DNA from: Penicillus capitatus
Taxonomy: Eukaryota > Plantae > Chlorophyta
Reading direction: 5' to 3'
DNA length: 64,000 nt
Assembly (NCBI GenBank): GCA_965649825.1
Contig: OZ287711.1
Span: 45,201-109,200 of the forward strand
Under the pieces are notes generated by a model. That model ran no database searches. It was not told the origin of the DNA and saw nothing but the letters and a program-made list of their open reading frames with translations. The translations under genes and the position numbers were made by a program. Below, in pieces: positions 50,007-61,756 of the stretch; the first letter of the stretch is position 1; each line of letters begins with the position of its first letter.

Positions 50007-52672
50007 TCTGTGGTGTCTGATGGAGAGAGCGGGTGGAGTGGCAGGTGGAAGACAGATGACACAGAAAGAATCGATGCGCGACTTCAATACCTGACGCGCT
50101 TAAAAACTGATGTCTCGGGTTACATCAGTGTATTTTCTGTGCGAAATTTCTTGGAAACGCGGCACGGCGGTTGGTGTTACTGTATCTCCGTCGAAGCCCG
50201 ACGCGTTGTCGGATTCAAGTCCGAGACATCGTTGATACGATACTGCCGCACCGATCTCATCGACTACCGCGTTGCGCCGAGGAAGTTGTTAACTTCGTTG
50301 ACCGGCTCTGATGAAAGCAAACGTCAGCAAACGCGACAAAACAATCAACGTGTACGCCAGAATGGAACGCGTGGAGAGATGGGTGGAGCCGAAAGAGACA
50401 AGAGAAGTCGCGACATCGCTCACCTGTGGATCTGTCGCAAAACGCAAAACAAAATCGGTTCCGTTGTCGCAGGCGTCTGTCTGCTTGGAAGTTAGAGAGA
50501 AGACGCGTTTTCTGAAATCGAGCGATACGTTACGGATCTTTCACGGAAAAACGCATAGGCCAGCGCTTGTCGTATCGTAGAGTACTTTAACCAAGGTTTC
50601 GTGCAGGCGGCGAGCGTCTTCGAACATGTAACGAAGTAGGACAAAAAACCGCCGCGGGCAAAGCGACAGCATATGCGCAGTGCGAAAGAGTCCGATCGAC
50701 TTCTTTAAGGACTGTCGGTGAACGAGAATTCGATGAGAGAGGGACGCAAGAGCCGAGCGGGGTCGTTGGAGATATGTGTTCTCGTATGATGCATAATTTC
50801 AACGGGTCTTTGTCGACCGAGAAACACGTGAACGTGAGTTATTCAGACCGCTTTCGTGCATAAGAAAATGGTGCTACTCATCAGAAGCAACACACGCAGA
50901 ATGAAATTTAAAGAGCAAAAACGCGAGATGTCTCGATCAAGAAGACAAAGGGTCTAAGAATCAACAAATTGACGAATAAGACTGGTCTAGAGAGTGTGAT
51001 TAGACTTGGCATGTTTTACTATGTTGGAACGGTGCTTTTAGCTTTTGTCGATTTTAGACCTTCGAAGTAATTCGCCAAACTGTCACTTTACTGAATTGTT
51101 GTGAAGATGACAGTCGAACTGTATCTCGAATGCTATTCGCGAAAAGGAGAACGAAAGTTCGCAGAAACCAAGTGCGTTAAATGCACTATTCGAAAAGAGA
51201 TAAAGTGAGGAGAGAACCAAGATATAGCTCAGATAAACCACGAGTCACCTAACAGTCAATCGGACAGTTAAACTCTTAGTGCTTGCTGCCTCAGGCTATA
51301 GGAAATCTTCCGTATCTTCAAACGAAATTCGTTGCCTTGGTCAGAACCTTGAGTAAAACTTCACAAACTTCTTGACAACCGGAGGAGCTTTAATGGCTTT
51401 GTCACAAGTTTCACTGAGTAGCTGCTTGATCTTCCATTCGTCCAGATTTTAGCTAATTGAGCCTTTAGTTCAACACACTGTCACTATAATGAAGTCAAGG
51501 AAGGAGAAAGAACCGAAGGGGAAGGTCACGTCGTTACATGAAGCATGACGCCATCATAACGTCATGTTGAAAACCCATATAAAAAGGGGGGCTATCCGAA
51601 GAAACATCATTCTGTAAGAAAGAACGTATTCTGCTTTCAAAACTTCGATATTGCGCGTATCAACACCTTTGTAATATCCATCGTCACATTTCCTTATGCG
51701 GACACCCACAACCTCTTGTCTCATCAGTGCATTCACGCCAAAGAATGTCCTACTCAACTGGAAGCGAAGTGAATCGAGTTGCTCCGTTCGATTCTTTCAA
51801 ACCGATAGAAAGAGAGATGTTATTTGCAAAACTAATCGTTCTGGTACACAGTCTCGCTGCTTGGCAATAAAAAGACCAGAACGGTGAAGATCTTTTTGAA
51901 TGCAAAGAGCCGAAACCCGAAAGACCGAGCTCTCGTGGCCGGCATACTTCAGACGACGATCTCGCAGACTTCATCTCCCGAAAGGAGACTGTGAACGTCG
52001 GCCTAGCAGCCGATCCCGGGCCGGATGGGAAGTAGCGCAGAGATACTCCGTTGGAAAAAATAACTACATAACTATTGTGCGAATACAACAGAACAGTTCC
52101 TCTAAAATACCCCGGACCATGGACAGTCGCAACATTAAGCAAGCCTCTGCATGGCTGACGTGTTAACAAACGAAAGTCATGTAAAAATCCCGAACGATTA
52201 CTGTTACTAGCTAAGCCTCTCCTCATCTTCCTACGTCAGGGCTCCACCACTGAACCGTTGCTGGCGTGGTGCCATGCTTACGGTTTGTATGCGGCATCAA
52301 TCTTCGAAACATACGGCCTGAGACGAAGACTCTTAAGGCACTCTTGACAGTGATGTATCTCTCCCTTCGAAAACTAGCAAACGAACACGAATGTAACTGA
52401 TTAGTAGGAACTAGAAGCATAAGTTTTGCAAGATTTGGACAAAGTCGGTCTCTTCTGCTCGCTGTGAATTCTAGAAGGGTGTTAATTTTGAAGGGGATTA
52501 GTAATGAGGAGTTCGACTGTATTGCAAGCATAAGCTTCACATATCAAAAGCTCTGTGTTTCACGGACGTCATTTCACAAATTGTCGATTGCTAAAAAGAA
52601 ATCTATGACGTTCCTCATCGATTATCCGACGTTACGTTAACAGAAAGACAATTCTCGTACCACGTCCGTCCA

Positions 52673-52757
52673 TTAGCTTACAAGCCGTTCCTCGTTATTA
52701 GCCTTAGCTTACAAGCCGTTCCTCGTTATTAGCCTTAGCTTACAAGCCGTTCCTCGT
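52673..52757. repeat. Perfect 31-bp tandem repeat, 2.7 copies
   Basis: TTAGCTTACAAGCCGTTCCTCGTTATTAGCC at 52673-52703 and 52704-52734, partial copy at 52735-52757; no spacers. Confidence 0.92.
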
Positions 52758-53631
52758 CCGTTAACGTATCACGGCAATGAAAAAAGACAACAAAAGTGGA
52801 GGGACAATGCGCAATAGTCCTGATCTTTTGGCTTTTGTCGAAGAACTGATGGTACATCATAACTGCTCAGATTACGCAGATTACCTATAATCGGTAAATA
52901 AGAGTTGTTTTCTGTGAATCGGCATGATTCTGACGAAGTTTGGAGTTTGATAGCAGTGAAAACAAGCAAAAGATTTTTAACGACTCAAAACAGCAACAGT
53001 GGAAGCCTTTAAAACGCTGGAAGATGCAGTGAGTACTACTGTTTGCATGGACGGTGTGGCTAAGCAAAACGTACGGGCCAAGGACATCCAACGTTGGGAA
53101 TATGGTAAAATCAGGGATAAATTGAGAAGCTTGGAATATGACTTCAACTGACCTTACGTTATCTGTCTATGATTGTCCGAATCACTGGCATCTCTATCTG
53201 TTTACGGTTACTCTATTTAATGTAAGCGTTAATTGCGCCGTCAGCAAAAAAAGGGAAGCTTTGTGATGCCATACATTGCAGCAGTGTAGTCATTATTTTG
53301 GTTGCTCCAATGTGGTTTCAGTCTACGTACTTACTGCCTTGCTGGCGACACTTCCTTTAAGCAGACTAAAGAGTAGAGCTTTAGGCGTGTTCTGCTGCGG
53401 TGCTCGGACGGCTCGTCAAATGTGCGACGAGAGTAGCTTTACATGAAACAAAGCCAACAACCGTACAGCTCAAGATTAGGATGATGGATAGTATGCACGT
53501 GCCCGAGATTCGTCGTTTCGGGCAGAGGTAAGTAAAACATCAAGAGATACAGTGCAAACAAGCGTTCAACGACTTCGCGAGATTTGCCGATTATATTTGT
53601 ACTTAGCCAAAACGATTCAGACATATCTGAA

Positions 53632-53887
53632 TCAGTTCGGACCCAAATACTCAACCTTGAATCTGGACAACAACGCGTCGATGACGACGCTGGTGTCGAC
53701 CGAAGCGATGTGTAAGGTCCAGCAAGAGTGTTTTCTTTCGATAGTTGAGGATCATAACGTTATCAAACGGATCAGTGAAGACGTATAGCAACATAGCAAT
53801 GGCACATGTATGCATATCCATGATGATGAGGAGGTTATGGACCAGAAGAGGAGACACTTGTGGTTTGGAAACAATCTTACTCCTTTC
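53632..53887 (-). pseudogene. Frameshifted fifth copy of the small secreted protein family (last exon)
   Basis: Correcting three frameshifts gives LFPNPQVSPLLVHNLLIIMDMHTCAIAMLLYVFTDPFDNVMILNYRENTLAGPYIASVDTSVVIDALLSRFKVEYLGPN*, colinear with the copy 2 last exon (about 45% identity by hand count). Confidence 0.82.
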
Positions 53888-54146
53888 CTCCAAGCGACGT
53901 GCCGAAGCGACTTGGCGAAATATATCCAGCAACGTTTTGCAACAACGTCTTTATGTGACTTTACGCTTCCGATCGAAAATGCAAAGATCTGTAAAACAGT
54001 CAAAAACGAAGTGATGCTACCCGACCCCCCGTAAATCCTGTAGCGTGTCAACGATTCCTGGTGGACGTCTAGATTCATCCAAAAATTAAATATCTGATGA
54101 ACGCATCAATAGATTTTCGAAATTTATTTGCTGTTTGTTTACTTAC

Positions 54147-54398
54147 CAACACCTTCGACAGTATCCACGAATGGCGAAACGAACGCCTTCGTCGTTTTCG
54201 ACCCGAGACACGTTCTTAGCAGGCTGAATCGTAGGAAACCACTGATGCCCGAATATTTCGTCTCCGGCGAGCGACGAACGAACGCACTTTCCAGTAGATG
54301 AAAGCTCCACAGGTCGGTTGGTCGGTTCAGTGCATATCGCAGATAACCTTGGCGAGAACGCAAAGGACGAAGACGATCGCAAGACTCTTCAGGAACAT
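54147..54398 (-). pseudogene. Signal-peptide exon plus second exon, possibly the 5' part of the decayed copy or a separate decayed secreted gene
   Basis: MFLKSLAIVFVLCVLAK|LSSTGKCVRSSLAGDEIFGHQW...GYCRRCW|GTAAGT. The downstream acceptors I tested give an immediate stop. Confidence 0.4.
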
Positions 54399-55041
54399 TG
54401 TAGACAAAACAAGAGGCCAAGAGAACGCGATCATGTAAAATGGATGTCCAATCTGCAGCGATTTATCTAAAACCAGATGTCTATGTATGTCGAAGCGCAT
54501 CAAAACAGTCGAATGGTCTGTCCTTCATCATGACGTCAATAACGCACACGGTTCGTCAATAATCTTACCGTTGACAGGGCTAGACAACGGAATAGAAAGT
54601 CCGTTTACGTGAACCGTCCCTCGATGTCGCCTCTACGGAAATAGCGTCCATGCACCGCATTTCAGAAACGCCAACTGTCAGAGACTTCATGGCACTCACT
54701 GTACGGCTTTCTACTTGTCCTCGCTCCTTCTTTCAGTACTCTGTAGATGCCGTTTTTGTGCTTCGCGCCTGATCCAGCCGCCATTCGCGTGTCGTTAATA
54801 AAGACTCGAGTAAAAGCTTTCGCGACAAGAGCCGCGTAGAAAGCCGTCGAGACGCATCGCGTGACATACCAACGTTGTGCAGACGTCATGTTCCAATCCC
54901 CTCAACGAGCTCTGAAAAACAAAGCAATCCAGATGGATGCTAAGAAACCCACGATCTCCAACAAATCAGATGGGGACGAACGTATCACACAAACGAAAAA
55001 CGAGCCGGACAGTGTCTTCGCGGCAAAACAAATTTTGTCAA

Positions 55042-56037
55042 CTATTCGTCTTCACTCACGTAATCATCCTCCGTCGCATCGTCTTCGTCATCCGAGGAAC
55101 AGACCTCGTTCGGTGCGTTTCTCTCTAAGAAGTCGTGATCATCATCCGTTGGAATGTTGACCGGTTCGAGTGGCGGTCCCAGATGAATGGTGGTGTTGAT
55201 CTCGCGTACAACGCCATCCACGGACCTACCCTGTCGCCGACCCCTTAGCCTTGCGCTGATATCGAGACCTGAGGTCTCCTACACACGACACACGAGATCA
55301 TGCCAGGAAGGCATGCGTCCGACCGATGTCACATCTGTTTGTGGCAGTAGCGGTACAGTAATCTTGCGATCCACACAGCTGCTTTTCATGACTCCAAGCA
55401 CCGCCGCCAGTGTCCGCATGTTTCCCAGTTTTAGATTGAGTCCCACAGTAAACTGAACCACGACGATCGTCATTGCATGAAAAGACGTGTGGAGTGAGAG
55501 ACAGTGTCTTCATAGTTGACATAGAGTGAAGGTGTGAAAAGAACCTCGTTGCCAAGACAATGAAATCGCGCGTTCATCCTGAGTTTGGATTTTCTGTTCC
55601 CCACTTGTAGCGTAAAATTATCATTCACCTGACACCGCAGCTCAGACAGTGCACATCAGGAAGCTTTGGGATGATACTCTGTAATTCACTCGGGCAATGG
55701 GCTCGGCTTTTCTCGATCGGAGGCAATACTCACTTCCGACGGTCGCCTAGAGCAAACGAGGCAAAAGAGCATTCAGTTTCAGGGCAGGTAGCAGCCTACC
55801 ACCATTCTCTCCGTCACTCTAAAATCCTGAAGAGAGAGACACAATGATCCATGAGATCTGTAACGGTGATGGGACAGGAGGCACCTTTCGAACGGTCACT
55901 TTGAATCTCCGGCAGCATCTCTTCGCAATCTGGCCGAAGAATCCTCTTCCCGAGAAGTCGCTGTCTGTCTCTGTAAACAGTGGTTCGTAAGGACGTTCAG
56001 CTCTTTCAAGAGCTTTTTTCCCACCAACGACATCCAT
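55042..56037 (-). CDS. Beta-strand-rich orphan protein, candidate beta-barrel (copy B)
   Basis: Same five phase-0 introns as copy A: CCRRFKVTVRK|DFRVTERMV|ATVGSEYCLRSRKAEPIARVNYR|VNDNFTLQVGNRKSKLRMN...NYEDT|FTVGLNLKLGNMRTLAA...LPQTD|ETSGLDISARLRGRRQGRSVDGVVREINTTIHLGPP. Confidence 0.75.
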
Positions 56038-56403
56038 TTTACTGCCCGAATGGAAAAGAAGTCGTGTTGCTAAAATGACGGACGAGGATGAAAAGACGGA
56101 CGGACCTCTCTGGACACACGTCGTCATTTTCTGCATCTTTGGAGTCGAAATCCGTTCTTCTCTCATATCGGCGAAGCCTGTCACCTCAGCACATCTCTCC
56201 TACCACTCCCTATTCTTTACACCTTTGTCGTCCATAATCTCGCTTTCTGAGAAAAAAGGCGGAAAACGGTATGAAATAATGTCATTAAACATCGAAAGGT
56301 CGTTGCCCTGATCACGACCGTTCTGTCGTCCATCGAGGCGTTGTTGAGTCGCAAATACGTCAGATAGATAGAGGCATCTTGTTCGGAGAGGTTTGTCATT
56401 CCT

Positions 56404-57481
56404 ATGCTCTCTGCATGGACTGCCATTCGGACCTTTGCCCCGCGCCTCACAAGGGTGCCTTTTCGACTGAACCCCTTCATCTTGCGTACGCTACTCACAC
56501 TAACCAGACAGAAAGATGCGCATGAAGGTCTGGTCAGGCGACCATACCGCACACGTTTGTCGTTTGAAGGGGTCGCTGTTACAGGCATCGCCGTCGTGGA
56601 GTTAGCGAGACCAGAGGCAAAAAACGCGCTTTCGCTTGAAATGCTCGAGGCTCTGCGTCGTCACACCATCGAATGCGCTGAAGACCAGGACCTTCGCTGC
56701 GTTGTGCTCACCAGTGCCGTGCCCGATACTTTCTGCGCCGGTATCACATTCCGCACGCTGAGTATGTATCCCGTCCGTCTTCGCTTTTCCAGGGGCGGAT
56801 CTGAAGGAAAGACTTCGCATGTCCGTCAATGAAGCTGGAGAAACGGTCAGGAAGATACGTGCCGTCCTCGATGCCTTTGCTCGACTGTCGATGCCGACCA
56901 TCGCCGTCGTCAACGGCATTGCACTTGGCGGCGGTGCAGAGCTGGCCCTTGCATGCGATCTCCGAATAGGTCTCGTCATCTTTCCCGCCCTCTCAGATCA
57001 CAACAATCCAATGCCCTTTAGGAGGGCCCAACGCACGATTCGGTTTCCCAGAAACGCGTCTCGCCATCATTCCCGGCGCCGGTGGAACGCAACGCCTTCC
57101 GCGTGTCGTCGGTTTATCCAAGGCCAAGGAGCTCATATTCACTGGAAGGACTCTCGGTGTGTCCATCCACTCGTACAGGTCGCCGCGTCCAGAATCATTC
57201 ATGGCGTAGATGCACGGGCTGCACTCGACATCGGTCTACTGGATCATCTCTGTCAAGATCCGATAACCGAAGCGCTCAAAACGGCAAAGGAGATTTGCGA
57301 AGGCGGTCCGATCGGCGTACGAATGGCGAAAGAAGCTATCGACGGCGGATTCGGCAAGGTCATGGAGGAGGCTCTTGAGATCGAATCGCGCTGCTACGAA
57401 CAGACGTTGACCACTGAGGATCGTCAAGAAGGACTCCGCGCCTTTCAAGAGAAACGCAAACCACGTTACAAGGGACGCTGA
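56404..57481 (+). CDS. AUH: Methylglutaconyl-CoA hydratase / enoyl-CoA hydratase (crotonase), mitochondrial
   Basis: [12 protein letters not shown]|[64 protein letters not shown]. Confidence 0.9.
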
Positions 57482-59043
57482 TGCCGATGTCTTCTGCCCT
57501 TCTCTCTCATCTTTCGCCTCGCCGTGACGCCAAAATGCGCATCGGGTTGCGAACCGACCTGTCACATCACATCCCCTCGTCACAAACCTTGTCCCGTCAG
57601 TCGCACCTCCTCTTTGTAGTAGCGCACGTCATCGTCTTCCTCATTTAAGTCCTCGCGTGGGATCTCCTGCTGCAATGCTTTCCTTTTCCTCGTCTCCTTC
57701 TCTTCTCTCTTGGCCGCCACGCGTCGCTCCTGTCCATTTCAGAAGTGCATTTGGATTTGGACGTTGGGAGCTATGTCCTCCACCTGTTCTTTCCTGCGCT
57801 GGATTTTAAGCTGTGCCGTCTGTTCTCTGCGACGTCCCGTCTCGGCGATTTCTTCCAACGACTTCGTCACGTATTTGTTGTAGAGAACGAGTCCGTCCAT
57901 CACGCCTTGTTCAATCTTATGCAGTACCAGATCCATTCTGGGGCCCAACTGCATTCAAACGCCCTCAATCTTGTGTCCTCGTCGTTGCGATGCTCCCGAC
58001 TCACTTCTGTCAACTTCACACGACGCATCGTCGGTTCATCCTTCGTCAGTTCCGGCGCCAAATCGACGCGATTGTCCTCACCCTCGCTCTCCTGTCCACT
58101 CATCAAGATCGAAGGCGATGGTGCCGTTCGAACAACTCACAGAGGCATCTCCTTTGGAGAGCAGTTCATTGATACTGTGCATGTCGCCCAGATCCGGGAC
58201 GCCTTTCTCGTAGAGCAGTGCCCTCAGCCTCTTGTTCATTCCTCGCACCGGAATCGAAAGACGGTAATGCCGAAAATGAATGCGATCGTCATCAGCATCG
58301 TAGTGAAAGAGCACGACGCGTTTTCTGCTCTGGATCTCCGTAGACTGCGGCCGGATAGCAGGAAAGAGATTCTGCAGCAGCGTCACCAACAAGGTATGGT
58401 GCTGACTCTTCTGAAAATTCGTCATCACCACCAACGGAGCGCTTCGAAAACCGTGCTTCTGATCAAAGGAATGACCCAGTGCTGTCTGGACATTGCTCAT
58501 CAAACTGTAAGAGGTGATCTTGAACGAAGCCGTTGGACCCTGAAATCCCATACATACCAGATCTGCAGATGCAGTTTACGGTCGACAGGATCCGAGACCT
58601 GAGGCGATTTCATAATCTTGAGGTTGAGACTGGTGTCCGTGAGGAAGAGAGCCAAGACATGGCTGATGCCCAGCGGTCCACAGACGTCCAAGAAATCACG
58701 CGTCTTGTTGAATCGCCGCTCCTGATGCCATTCGCGTCGGCGAAGGGAGAAGACACACGAAACTGGTACTTTGACATTCTGAGCAGTATTCGGAAGAAAG
58801 ACGCGACGTAGATCGCGCTTGAGTTTCTGAACACCGGCCTGCAAAAGAGCACGATAGCATCCGAGATGCTGGGAAGAGGATCAGACGTTCTGAACGCCGT
58901 GAGTGATGACGAAGGTACGCGGCTCCTTCACCTCTAGTGTCTCCACTTCTCTTCGTTTCTCCTGTACGAACTCAATGAAGAGGGCGACATCGGCAGACGG
59001 TTCTTACGGAACGCCGCGTCGTCTTCGTCGCACGTCGCCGCAT
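57466..59043 (-). CDS. PPAN: Peter Pan / Ssf1 Brix-domain ribosome biogenesis factor
   Basis: EPRTFVITH, LKRDLRRVFLPNTA, DFLDVCGPLGISH, PQ|GPT, APLVVMTNF, RIHFRHY, GPRMDLVLHKIEQG, DDDVRYYKEE|VGSQPDAHF...PL*. Confidence 0.9.
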
Positions 59044-59121
59044 GAAATCGAAGTGGATTTAGGCCAAGGCCTGTCACGTCATCATTGTTGTTGCAAAACG
59101 AGAAATATCCTCACAGATCGT

Positions 59122-61444
59122 CTATTCCATTTGGGGAAATGTCAGACGATAGAGCAAAATGTGCGCCCGGCGCGCTTGGGGGATCGACCAGACGAGTCCC
59201 AGTTCCGCACCGCCCGCCAAAGGACTACTCGGATCAAAAACGAGCAGTTCGCCATCCACCCATTCAGGTTTCTTATATCCTGTCTGGGCAATGCGTCCTC
59301 GTCCACTGTACTGGAAACGAATGCCCAGCTCCTCTGAGTGCATCGCTTCGGGCACCGCCCGATTTCCGCGATCAATCCTTGCCCTGATCCACATCCAAGA
59401 TGATCATCATCATCCAATCGATCGTCCAGGACTCACATGAAAGAAAGCTCTCCGGCCGGGACATTTGAATCGCCAGTGATTTTGCGGACGTACACGCATT
59501 CCTTGCCATTTGTGATATCGATTTGCCGACTTAGATGCAGAACTTCCAGTCCATGTGGACCAAATCTGCCGATGAAGAGTCCAGCAAAGGGATCCGTCGT
59601 GGTGCATTCCTCCAAAGGCAAACGTGTGAACATCACTTCGCCTTCCAACTCTGCACTCTCCGAGTCTCTGCCTGTTTTGCTCCATCCCGGAAAATCTTCC
59701 AACTCCGTCTAGAGTCACACACACTCACATTTCTAAGCCTCATATGGACGCTTCGTTCGACCTCCTGTCTTTCTATCTTTTTGAGCACTTGCTCGAGGAG
59801 GCTATAAAGCTTCTTGCTCATAGAGTAGAACGATATCCGGTCCTTTCAAACACCACATCCACAGCGAGCATGGCAAATGTGTGAGGACTACCTTCAGATG
59901 AGGTTTGAGTTCACTCATGGGCATGTCATCAATCGCCTTTTCCAGGGCTTTTGTAAAATGCTCTTCCAAATCGAAAGATTCAGCATCAGTGGTGGCGGTA
60001 GTGGTATCAGTCGATGCGTCTTCAGATTCGTCCTCTTCATCCTCGTCCTCATCATCATCATCATCCTCGTCCTCGTCTTCGTTCTTTTCTTCGACTGCCG
60101 ATTCTTCATCCACACTCAGCACAAATCGATTTCGATCCCACCATTGCAGATCGGCAGGCAATCTCCATTCCACCCCATCGGCGATGGCTACACACAGAGA
60201 CAGAGGACACACCTGTACTGGAGTTCGAATGGAGCGTAGTCGCCATCGGGCTTGTCTTCGTCGACCACAACCGTATCGTCCGAATCCGATCCGTCACTGA
60301 CCACCACGGCTGCTACCTGGTGTCACACAAATGACAAATGCCAGTCATCAAGGGAAAACCGAACTTCGACATCTTCTGGCTCGGATGGCGGATGTGGCCG
60401 GGATGCATCTTTGCTGTCATCATCCATGCCATCTTGGTCATCCTGTTGCACAATGGAGACCATAACGCGAATGGCTTCGTGTGGTATGTCCTCGGCAGCC
60501 TTTACATACACTTCAGCTTCAATGTCATCCACCACTCCGCCACCCTCTTCTTCCAAAGCTTCCAGCTCAGGACTTCGTAAAACACAGCTCTGATGCTGAA
60601 TGGATCCGTTCGGATCGCGTCGAAGGAAAACTTCCATGGCAAAGTGCCCATCAGAAGACGTCTCTGCTCTTTCGGCAAATATATCTTCTGTCATAAACGA
60701 CTCCGATACACCACAGAGCGTCGCAATCTCATTCGGCGAGAAAATTCTCCCAGAATAGCGGCAAAATTCTTTGCAGATGTACATCAGTTGACCTCGAGGG
60801 TCGTCATGTCCACGGACAACCCACCAACCACACAGTCCTGCCAATCCCTCATCCCTGATCCTCGCTGCATCATCGTACCGCTCTTCCTCGATTGCCCTCG
60901 ACAATTCCTATCCATCAATCATCTCACAAAAGAGTGAGAGGTGTGAGAAGATGACATACATGTTGAACAACTGACAGGATATCTTGCTCATCGAGGGCCA
61001 CAAGATTTTTCTTCGTCTGACGTGCCTCATCGTAATTTTCGATCTCAATGTCTTCCTGTAATTTTTCCCGCAGCCACGTTCGTTCGTTCTCGATGGATTC
61101 AATGTGTGAAAAGTACTCCAACCAATCGTTCCACAGATGGTCCTGCCCCGTGCAAAACCTCGACTAAAAAATCACACCATGACCAACCTTCTTACGCGTT
61201 GTGTGCGATCTGTGCTCGCGGAAGTGAGTCTGGGAATATCAATAGGCATGACATCGAGATTAGCCGGCCCCTGACTCAACGCAGGTTTGCTCCACGCCTA
61301 AGTGCTGCCGACTCAGTCGTCTGCAATGTCTATACAAAGTATACGTGGCTGAAACGATCTGGCAGAGCCGGCAGACGCCACATCCGTCGTTTCACAGCGC
61401 TTCCCAGACAGCGCGTTGTGTTGCAGGTCTGAACATGGCGCCAT
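59122..61444 (-). CDS. EX1: EXECUTER-like plastid protein (UVR domain + DUF3506)
   Basis: WNDWLEYFSHIE, IEEERYDDAARIRDEGLAGLCGWWV..HDDPRG, DPFAGLFIGRFGPHGLEVLHL, KITGDSNVPAGELSF, YSGRGRIAQTGYKKPEWVDGELL. Start approximate; EX1 versus EX2 not resolvable by eye. Confidence 0.85.
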
Positions 61445-61756
61445 CGCGGCTGTGTCTACAGGACAGAAAGACGGCGTCTATACTTTAACACATGTCATGT
61501 CACACTTTTAGCAAAGAGTGAGACCGTGGAGCTGGGAATCTTTCGAAGGTCAAACCGCGCATCGCGAGCTCTTGTCGGACGGCGCTCTGCCTCAGCGATT
61601 TGAAACGTCGCATCAATTTATCACCGTCATGCGCATTCAGACAAAGAAGTTGCTATCGATTCATCCCGTCGTGTTCACGTACTGCTTGTTGCAGAAAAGG
61701 TTTTCGATTCGTGAACGCGCCTCGGAATCGTATTCGTTTCGTCCCTCGTCGTCGCC

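Noticed and set aside
52673-52757. 31-bp repeat as a CRISPR array
   Set aside because: Copies are directly adjacent with no spacers, no cas genes, eukaryotic context.
53552-54034. Plus-strand 160-codon frame with a single TAG (stop read-through?)
   Set aside because: Most of it is the antisense shadow of the decayed secreted-family copy on the minus strand, which has clear homology.
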